Shown: one piece after another, positions 28,854 through 35,780 of the stretch
Layout: each line of letters starts with the position of its first letter
Position numbering within the stretch: the stretch's first letter is position 1
Source of the DNA: a virus
Taxonomy: Duplodnaviria; Caudoviricetes
IMG/VR virus record: IMGVR_UViG_3300027732_000057
Coordinates: 1-38,042 of that record
DNA: 38,042 bases
Direction: 5' to 3' (one strand)
The notes under the pieces: generated by a model
What the model was told of the DNA's origin: nothing
Seen by the model: the letters and a program-made list of their open reading frames with translations, nothing else
Databases searched by the model: none
Made by a program: the position numbers and the translations under genes

Positions 28854-29753
28854 TTAAGGAGTTGAGTTATTAATTACTTTGGGTATTATACTTGCTGCAA
28901 CACTATCGTTTGAAGGTAGTGTTGATTCGTAAGCTGAAATTGTTCTATTTGCGGCATCCAGGTCTGCCTGTGAAACTGGAACTGCAAAGCCGGCAGTAGC
29001 ATAACCAGCAATTGTAACTGCACCTACGGCTACAGCTGTTGCTGCTTTAACTGTAGTAACTGCTTCGTTGACCGTATTTCTTGTTTCCTTAATAAGATCT
29101 ACTGCGCCTGTCGGATCTGAACCTGTTCCTAATTCTGTTAAGAAATCGGTGAATATGTTTTTTATCAACTTTAAAAATTTAACCAAACATTCAGCCAAAA
29201 GTTTCAATAACTTTGCAGGTAGACTTATGATCCATTGAATGATTGCTCTTATTTTAACTATGTATGCGAGAACATATTTTTGAAAATCTAGAACCTTTTT
29301 TAAATAATATTGTACCTGCTGTAAAAATCTTTGAATTCTTCTCAGTTCAACCATAATTCCAGCAAAAAAACCAGTTTTATCAGTGAAACCTAATGCTTTC
29401 ATAACTGCACGTATACCTTCTCTGATGTAGCTGGCAGTTACTTTTATAAATTCTTTCAAATACACATTCTTACGCATCTCATCAATGAAACCACAAACGT
29501 GTGTTCTTCTTGTGTTTGTGTAATGTGTTGATGTTCCGATTATTTTACCCCTTGCGGATGCATGAATTGATGGTGTACCGGCAATTCGGCCTTCATTACC
29601 AAATCTGCCTGGAGGACTTAAATTTGCTTCAGCACACTGCGCTGGCAAATCTTTAGGAGAATCTTTTGGATATGTAAATTGTGATTGTGAAATGATATAC
29701 GCTTGATATTCTTGTGCGGTAACTTCTGTACCATTAGGTAATGTAAATGCCAT
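28854..29753 (-). CDS. Amphipathic helical protein occupying the middle of the gp5 locus (299 aa)
   Basis: Preferred start is ATG 29753 (ACAGGAGAATAATATG, with SD, coupled to the upstream stop) rather than 29792. Confidence 0.75.
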   Translation of the reverse strand: MAFTLPNGTEVTAQEYQAYIISQSQFTYPKDSPKDLPAQCAEANLSPPGRFGNEGRIAGTPSIHASARGKIIGTSTHYTNTRRTHVCGFIDEMRKNVYLKEFIKVTASYIREGIRAVMKALGFTDKTGFFAGIMVELRRIQRFLQQVQYYLKKVLDFQKYVLAYIVKIRAIIQWIISLPAKLLKLLAECLVKFLKLIKNIFTDFLTELGTGSDPTGAVDLIKETRNTVNEAVTTVKAATAVAVGAVTIAGYATAGFAVPVSQADLDAANRTISAYESTLPSNDSVAASIIPKVINNSTP

Positions 29754-29754
29754 A

Positions 29755-30090
29755 TTATTCTCCTGTGTCCGTAACTTCTGTGCTGGTTGCATATTCAGGT
29801 GTAACTATACCAGGTAAAACACCCATCATGATAGGCGCCTGTGCCGCATCGCCATCCATAAAGAAACCAACAATCCATTCACCTAACATAGGTGATGAGA
29901 AAGATTTTGAATTGTTTAATGGATACATTGGTAAGGCCCAAGGTAGGTCCTCTGTAGGTAAATTCATTTTGTTATCTGTGTGCCATCCAAAAATCCTGAC
30001 ACGGCACCTACCCAGTCCTAGTGGGTCACCTCTAGATTCCAAAATTCCAACCCACCATATGAAACCATCTTTACCAATAAAATTATTCAT
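29755..30090 (-). CDS. gp5: gp5 N-terminal OB-fold as a standalone protein
   Basis: FIWWVGILESRGDPLGLGRCRVRIFGWHT..LPTEDLPWA..GEWIVGFFMDG..AQAPIMMG; GAGG SD. Confidence 0.9.
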   Translation of the reverse strand: MNNFIGKDGFIWWVGILESRGDPLGLGRCRVRIFGWHTDNKMNLPTEDLPWALPMYPLNNSKSFSSPMLGEWIVGFFMDGDAAQAPIMMGVLPGIVTPEYATSTEVTDTGE

Positions 30091-30102
30091 TTAAACCTCA
30101 TT

Positions 30103-31407
30103 TTATATTACAACTGTCTGGCTTGGAAATCCAAGTTTTGGTTTTGTTTGAATCATAGTGTTTTTCGCTAACTCCAAAACTGTTTGAAAAACACCTTGTG
30201 ATTGTATAATATGCCTTAACGCAGTCACAAGATAGTTACCAGAATAATATTCATCTTGAGTCGATGAACTTCCATCATTAACACCTAAAGCAGGTAACGA
30301 AATAAAAATTATTTTTCCCACTGTTATATCACTATTACCTGGAATTATGACTTTCATTATTGTGCGGTTGGCCAAGGCAACTTGCGCTGTTCTATTTGGA
30401 ATATATGTTTCAGCACGAATATTTTCTGCAACACTATTTGGACTTTTCTTTATATAGTCTGTTTCTTTTTGAGTTGAATTTCCGAATGACAATTTTAAAT
30501 TACTTTCATACATTTCTTCTGAATATTTACCAAATCTATTTAATGATGTGCCGCCAGAATCATGGCCATTTAAATCACCTTTAGTGAAATATGTTATCGT
30601 TTGTGTCCTTGTTATGGGGTCAATTGTAATCAATTTACTTGCATAGATTCCAGCACTTGTTGCACTTAATGAATCGAAAGTTTTTATGAATTCATAATCC
30701 AAAATGGTGAAATAGTTTTCAAGTGGCTGGCCAGGCAAATCTGATGGTTGATACTTATATACTGCATAAGGATTTTTATCAAACAAAGTCTTTAATGAGT
30801 TGAAATAGAAACCTTTTTTGGTTTCAAAAAATAACATATCGGCCCCTGCACCTTCAGCTGGTAAAGCATAATTAGATAACCAACTTATTGCTTCTAATGG
30901 TTTTAATTTTGGTATGACAAAACTATAGGTTCCGTAACTTTCCTGTATACCTTTAATTCTACCAATATTCACATTCATACCATTATCTTCATCATACAAA
31001 ATTCTAGCAATCATGTTGCTTATATCCATTCCTTTGAAGGACTTGGTTATTTTTAATTGTTCTGATATAAACAATTCTTCAGAAGTGAAGTACATTGTGA
31101 AATATTCTAAATTTTTATTACCTTTAGGCTTTCTATTACCAATTTTGTATATTCTAAATCTTCTTTGATCTACTTCACCATCTGCAAATTTTCTGTATCC
31201 CATATCAAGTATTTCAGAACCATCTAATTTTAATTTTTCAATTAAACCAAGAGCATCCTCCAATATTACATTGCCTGAACAAGTAAATGAAAACAAGTCC
31301 TCAAATAGATTTAGTTCCACAAACATTAATTTGAGTTTAATGGATTGGCCGTTGTCAATGATGATATCAAGCCATTCTAAATTAAAATCTTGTGCGTACT
31401 TAGACAT
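30103..31407 (-). CDS. Baseplate hub protein, gp27-like
   Basis: 434 aa between gp53 and gp5; FFETKKGFYFNSL, IPGNSDITVG, YSGNYLVTALRH. Confidence 0.7.
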   Translation of the reverse strand: MSKYAQDFNLEWLDIIIDNGQSIKLKLMFVELNLFEDLFSFTCSGNVILEDALGLIEKLKLDGSEILDMGYRKFADGEVDQRRFRIYKIGNRKPKGNKNLEYFTMYFTSEELFISEQLKITKSFKGMDISNMIARILYDEDNGMNVNIGRIKGIQESYGTYSFVIPKLKPLEAISWLSNYALPAEGAGADMLFFETKKGFYFNSLKTLFDKNPYAVYKYQPSDLPGQPLENYFTILDYEFIKTFDSLSATSAGIYASKLITIDPITRTQTITYFTKGDLNGHDSGGTSLNRFGKYSEEMYESNLKLSFGNSTQKETDYIKKSPNSVAENIRAETYIPNRTAQVALANRTIMKVIIPGNSDITVGKIIFISLPALGVNDGSSSTQDEYYSGNYLVTALRHIIQSQGVFQTVLELAKNTMIQTKPKLGFPSQTVVI

Positions 31408-32032
31408 TTGTTTCCATCAATGTCATAAATTCTTCTTCCAATTGTGCAGCATAATCTTTATTTAATAGTTGTATATTTCTTTTGGATTCATTTAAATCGT
31501 ATTCATAATCAAAATTTGTAACTCCTCTGGCCTCAATTAACACCGTTATATTTTCATTTGGTAAACTATATGTATATGTTCTTGAACCATTTGTTAAGGT
31601 TTGTGATAATGTCGTATAATCTTCTGTTGAAATTTCATATTTTTCCACAGTGGTGGTGATATCATTATCTGTACCTGATGTTCGATTTGTTGTGGTTATG
31701 ACTTTTTCATAGTGGTGTAAATTATCTTTGGTATTACCCAATTTAGATTCAATGTAACTATTAAATTTATTACCACTCAATGGCCAATCCCACTGTGGAT
31801 CTATAATTTGATTAGAATATAAAACTATCCAAAAACGATTCATGTCGCCATAATATTTGTGAGCAATAATTTCGGGAGTATCATCATCTTTTATATCATA
31901 TTGATAATAAGAAAGAACATTTCTTAATATACTTGGAATGATATTGGTTCTAGCCAGTAAATTGGTATACACAGTTGATATATTACTTTTATCTCTGTAT
32001 ATAATTTTTGGTAAAGAATTGAAATATTGCAT
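31400..32032 (-). CDS. gp53: Baseplate wedge subunit gp53 (210 aa)
   Basis: MQYFNSLPKIIY..YDIKDDDTPEIIAHKYYGD..WIVLYSNQIIDPQWDWPL..HHYE..NESKRNIQLL; start moved to 32032, just after the gp48 stop. Confidence 0.88.
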   Translation of the reverse strand: MQYFNSLPKIIYRDKSNISTVYTNLLARTNIIPSILRNVLSYYQYDIKDDDTPEIIAHKYYGDMNRFWIVLYSNQIIDPQWDWPLSGNKFNSYIESKLGNTKDNLHHYEKVITTTNRTSGTDNDITTTVEKYEISTEDYTTLSQTLTNGSRTYTYSLPNENITVLIEARGVTNFDYEYDLNESKRNIQLLNKDYAAQLEEEFMTLMETNV

Positions 32033-32034
32033 TT

Positions 32035-33087
32035 TTAATATCCGTCTGATATTTGGTCTCGGCCAACAAGATAAATTTCTTGTAAATCGAGTGTCATTAT
32101 TGTTTGTATCGGTGCACCATCCGTATGAGTTGTCCATCCATTTGGTGCATAATTAACATCAATATTGTTGATAATACATTTTTGCAATTTTGGTAAATGT
32201 TTATTGTGAGCACCATTCATTCTGAAATCAATATCAAAGATTGCTGGTGGTACCCAAAACATATTGCCAATTAGTTCGGGATTTCTTTTTGGTGATGCAT
32301 ACATTCTAAATTTTTGAATTATTTGTTTAACTTGTTCCGCTTCATCTTGTGAATAAGGAGTAAATGTGAAAGACATATTAAATTGTCTGAATTCAATGCC
32401 TTGGAATAATACTTGTCTCTGTGGATTAAAAACAAATCCTGCTCTATTTAAAGCAACTTTAAATGCCTCGTTGCCTGCACCTTCGGCCACATTTGTTACT
32501 CCTTTAACCAATCTTCCCAACAAAGGTATTGCACCCATAGATGTAGCAATACTAGTAGTACTATCATACTGGATAGATGTAGCCAAATTAAAAGCCTCAG
32601 GCATATATAGACTTATGTGACCAATATTTGTGGTTTCTGGTTCTCTTAAAAACTGGCTGCCTTTTTCTATCAAACTTGAACCTGTTTTAAGTAAACTGGG
32701 TCCCATACCAAAAGCTGCTTTTGTTGCGTTGCCGATCATTTGTTCTGGACTTGGGCCTTTTTTTGCCTCATCAACTACTGTTGTAGCAGCACCCGCAATA
32801 CTATCAAGTGTATTAGCACCCAAATCCAAAACTGCGTCACCGGTTGCACCGCTAGTGAGGTTATCAATCTTAGCTTGGACCACATTTACTATTGTTTGTA
32901 ATTTAACTTCTTTTATTTCCTGAAATGTAAAATCAACAGAATGTGCTCTTGTTGCACTTTCCAAGTCCCTCGGATACTTATAGAAGAATGTTCCGTCTTT
33001 TTTGTCTAGGTCAGACAGTGGACCATCAAATATCCCGCCCGGTATATTAATTCCGCCAATTGATGTTGGTATTGAGATTATTGCCAT
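32035..33087 (-). CDS. gp48: Baseplate tail-tube cap gp48
   Basis: ISLYMP, FNPQRQVLFQGIEFRQFNMSFTFTPYSQDEAEQVKQIIQKFR, CIINNIDVNYAPNG..DGAP. Confidence 0.85.
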   Translation of the reverse strand: MAIISIPTSIGGINIPGGIFDGPLSDLDKKDGTFFYKYPRDLESATRAHSVDFTFQEIKEVKLQTIVNVVQAKIDNLTSGATGDAVLDLGANTLDSIAGAATTVVDEAKKGPSPEQMIGNATKAAFGMGPSLLKTGSSLIEKGSQFLREPETTNIGHISLYMPEAFNLATSIQYDSTTSIATSMGAIPLLGRLVKGVTNVAEGAGNEAFKVALNRAGFVFNPQRQVLFQGIEFRQFNMSFTFTPYSQDEAEQVKQIIQKFRMYASPKRNPELIGNMFWVPPAIFDIDFRMNGAHNKHLPKLQKCIINNIDVNYAPNGWTTHTDGAPIQTIMTLDLQEIYLVGRDQISDGY

Positions 33088-33106
33088 CGTTGTTTTCTAA
33101 AAAAGT

Positions 33107-33123
33107 GATATATACTATTTATG
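33107..33123. promoter_or_regulatory. Divergent late promoter region: CATAAATA on - (33116-33123) for gp48; possible GATATATA on + (33107-33114) for gp4
   Basis: 33-bp divergent junction; the minus-strand motif overlaps the gp4 ATG. Confidence 0.55.
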
Positions 33124-33555
33124 GCATATTCAGGACGATTTAAACCTTCAAACCCACAGAAGTACATGGGAAACCACGAAAATATCGTATATCGCTCTTC
33201 ATGGGAATGTAGAGTGATGAATTGGCTCGACAAAAATCCAAGTATTGTGTCGTGGGCATCAGAAGAATTGATAATTCCATACAAATCACCTGTCGATGGC
33301 CGTATGCATCGTTATTTTCCTGATTTTGTTGTCAAAGTCCGTGGTCAAGATGGTAAAACAAAAACGATGATGCTTGAAGTTAAACCAAAATATCAAACAA
33401 AACCACCTGAACAACAAAGACGAGTGACTAAGCGATATATCACTGAGGTAGCAACTTGGGGTGTCAATCAGGCCAAATGGGCTGCCGCAACAGAATACTG
33501 CAAAGATAGGGGTTGGGAGTTTAAGTTAATAACTGAGGATCACTTAGGACTCTAA
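33121..33555 (+). CDS. gp4: Head completion nuclease gp4 (TnsA-like PD-(D/E)XK fold)
   Basis: MAYSGRFKPSNPQKY.G, YRSSWE, WASEE, HRYFPDF, EVKP, NQAKWAAA, ITEDHL. Confidence 0.93.
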   Translation: MAYSGRFKPSNPQKYMGNHENIVYRSSWECRVMNWLDKNPSIVSWASEELIIPYKSPVDGRMHRYFPDFVVKVRGQDGKTKTMMLEVKPKYQTKPPEQQRRVTKRYITEVATWGVNQAKWAAATEYCKDRGWEFKLITEDHLGL

Positions 33556-33562
33556 CTAAATA
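33555..33562 (+). promoter_or_regulatory. T4-type late promoter motif (ACTAAATA)
   Basis: 4 nt upstream of the gp2 ATG. Confidence 0.6.
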
Positions 33563-33566
33563 TCCA

Positions 33567-34184
33567 ATGACAACAAAATCCATACTTACTAAACTATCCG
33601 AACAAAAGGCTGAAGCTCAATATCCAACGATGAGCCGTGAGTCTTTGCGTTGGTTAATGCAAAAAATTGCAGGTCTTAGAAATCCTAGCCGACTATCTCT
33701 TCCTATTACGAAAGAACAAGGTAGATGGACTAGACCAGGCGATAGACAAAAATTCTTGATGGGTGGTATGTATTACTTTGTTTATGATCCAAAAGGCAAG
33801 GCAGATTTACCATATTATGATAGATTTCCATTGGTATTGCCACTCAAAAGACAAACTGATGGGTTCATAGGTCTAAACCTACATTATTTACCGTTACGTT
33901 ATAGGGTTCTTTTCCTGCGTAAGTTACTGAACTTTGCAATCTATGATGAGAATGATGAAATAAAGCGAATCCGCATCACCTATCAAATCCTGGAGGCTTC
34001 TTCCAAGCTAAAAGAATTTAGGCCTTGTATCAAACACTACCTATACAGCCACATAAAATCTAGAATTCTGGCTGTGGAACCTAATGAATGGGATATTGCA
34101 ACATATCTACCAATTCAGCAGTTCAAGAAGGCAAAACCACAAGAAGTCTGGAAAGATTCCGTTCAAGAAATAAGGAACTCATAA
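33567..34184 (+). CDS. gp2: DNA end protector gp2
   Basis: GGMYYFVYDPK..LPYYDRFPLV..GFIGLNLHYLP..PCIKHYL..LPIQQFKK. Confidence 0.92.
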   Translation: MTTKSILTKLSEQKAEAQYPTMSRESLRWLMQKIAGLRNPSRLSLPITKEQGRWTRPGDRQKFLMGGMYYFVYDPKGKADLPYYDRFPLVLPLKRQTDGFIGLNLHYLPLRYRVLFLRKLLNFAIYDENDEIKRIRITYQILEASSKLKEFRPCIKHYLYSHIKSRILAVEPNEWDIATYLPIQQFKKAKPQEVWKDSVQEIRNS

Positions 34185-34856
34185 ATGGCACGTTCAATTA
34201 ACGATTTCAAATCAAGCTTTAAGGGAGACTTAGCACGAAGCAACAGATTCGATGTTGATATTCCTGTACCTTTAACCTTGATTCCGTATATCAAAACATC
34301 TCGCAATCTGGTTTACCGATGTGAGAATGCTAATTTGCCTGCTCGCACATTTGCAACAACAGAACAAAAAACATACGGTCCGGTGGAAAAACATCCGTAC
34401 CTAACAACATATAACGATATTGATTTGACATTTATTGTTGATGATGATATGCAACAAAGGGTTTTCTTTGATGCATGGTTGAACTATATCAACCCAACAT
34501 ACAATTACAATATGCGTTATAAAGAAAATTATACAACAACTATAACAATCAATCAATATGATGTTACAAACAAATTGTCATACACAATAAATTTGTTTGA
34601 TGCATATCCAATTTCTATGAATCAACTAGACTTAGATTGGAATGGCGATAGTTACCACAAATTGACGGTGACTTTTGCGTACACATATTGGAAAAACAAT
34701 TCCCTACAATCATTGGGTATGGAATTACTGGATGCTGGCCTCGATTCTGTGGTCAGTGAAATGGGTGGACTTGGTGGATCAATCAGTGGTGCTATTGGAA
34801 GTGGTTTCAATTCAATGGCAACATCACTAGAAAAACCAACAACTTTTAATAAATGA
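34185..34856 (+). CDS. Tail tube initiator, gp54/gp19-like
   Basis: LARSNRFDV, RCENANLP, YNDIDLTF, LFDAYPI..LDW, LTVTFAY: tail-tube fold motifs. Confidence 0.8.
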   Translation: MARSINDFKSSFKGDLARSNRFDVDIPVPLTLIPYIKTSRNLVYRCENANLPARTFATTEQKTYGPVEKHPYLTTYNDIDLTFIVDDDMQQRVFFDAWLNYINPTYNYNMRYKENYTTTITINQYDVTNKLSYTINLFDAYPISMNQLDLDWNGDSYHKLTVTFAYTYWKNNSLQSLGMELLDAGLDSVVSEMGGLGGSISGAIGSGFNSMATSLEKPTTFNK

Positions 34857-34869
34857 TATAGGAGTTATT

Positions 34870-35595
34870 ATGGCTTTACCAAAACTTGAAGTGCCAACAT
34901 ACGAATTGGAATTACCTCTTTCCAAGAAGTATATAAAATTTAGACCATACTTAGTCAAAGAACAAAAATCTTTGATGATGGCCATGGAATCATCAGATGC
35001 AAAAACGATTCAACATAATGTGAGAGAAATCTTAAATGTCTGTACATTGAACAAAGATGTAGACATTGATGAACTTCCAATCATTGATATTGAGTATTAC
35101 TTCCTGCAATTGCGGGCAAAATCCGTTGGTGAGGTTGCCGATTCTAAGTATCGTTGCAACAATGAGGTTGAAGATGTGGCCTGTGGTAACATCATGGAGG
35201 CCAAAATTGATTTGACTCAAATTATGCCAGTACAAGAAGAATATGTGGATCCAGAAATTCAATTGAATGACAAGATTATGATTAAGATGAAATATCCACC
35301 ATTCAAATTGATTAGTGATTCTATTGAAATGGATGACATTACAGAAGTTACCTTTCATATGATAGCCAATTCTATTGAACACATTTATGACGGCGAACAA
35401 TTTCACTATGCAAGAGACCAAACCACGGAAGAATTGGTTGATTTCATTGAACAATTAAGCCAAGAACAATTTGAGAAACTTGAAAAATTCTTCAATAGTG
35501 TACCTAAGTTAAAGAAAGACCTTGATATTACATGCTCTAAATGTGGTTTTGAACACCACTTGCATGTGGAGGGCCTTGAAAGTTTTTTCGCCTAA
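34870..35595 (+). CDS. gp26: Baseplate hub assembly protein gp26-like
   Basis: MALPKLEVPTYELELP..FRPYLVKEQK, YFLQLRAKSVGE, MKYP, CSKCG, EGLESFF; AGGAG SD. Confidence 0.9.
   Translation: MALPKLEVPTYELELPLSKKYIKFRPYLVKEQKSLMMAMESSDAKTIQHNVREILNVCTLNKDVDIDELPIIDIEYYFLQLRAKSVGEVADSKYRCNNEVEDVACGNIMEAKIDLTQIMPVQEEYVDPEIQLNDKIMIKMKYPPFKLISDSIEMDDITEVTFHMIANSIEHIYDGEQFHYARDQTTEELVDFIEQLSQEQFEKLEKFFNSVPKLKKDLDITCSKCGFEHHLHVEGLESFFA
35568..35589 (+). promoter_or_regulatory. Putative -1 frameshift signal: internal SD GGAGG plus slippery heptamer T TTT TTC
   Basis: GGAGG at 35568-35572; heptamer at 35583-35589 in X XXY YYZ phase with gp26; 10-nt spacer. Confidence 0.7.
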
Positions 35596-35780
35596 TACTT
35601 GGTTATGATGATTTAAGAAATTACTACAAGACTAACTTTTCATTGATGCAACACCATAAGTATAGTCTTACCGAACTTGAAAATATGATACCTTGGGAAC
35701 GAGATATCTATGTCGCCATGTTGATTCAATATTTGGAAGAAGAAAACCAAAAACTTAAAGAACGACAAAGAAATAAATGA
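35583..35780 (+). CDS. gp51: gp51-like frame, probably expressed as a -1 frameshift extension of gp26 (alternatively a 44-aa ORF from ATG 35646)
   Basis: Not in the ORF track. FFRLILGYDDLRNYYKTNFSLMQHHKYSLTELENMIPWERDIYVAMLIQYLEEENQKLKERQRNK*; stop overlaps the next ATG (ATGA). Confidence 0.8.
   Translation, partial: FFRLILGYDDLRNYYKTNFSLMQHHKYSLTELENMIPWERDIYVAMLIQYLEEENQKLKERQRNK

Noticed and set aside
29754-29804. Frameshift fusing the gp5 OB-fold to the middle ORF, or a start at 29792
   Set aside because: The frames overlap briefly but no slippery heptamer is visible, and ATG 29753 has a good SD.
32033-32137. 35-aa N-terminal extension of gp53 in the ORF track
   Set aside because: Overlaps gp48; gp53 similarity begins at MQYF (32032).
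33121-33555. TnsA-like transposase or mobile element
   Set aside because: Motifs and position next to gp2 identify it as head completion protein gp4.
35628-35669. Hairpin AAGACTA-ACTT...AAGT-A-TAGTCTT as the frameshift stimulator
   Set aside because: It starts about 38 nt after the heptamer, too far for a classical 3' stimulator, and is AU-rich; at most it might occlude ATG 35646.
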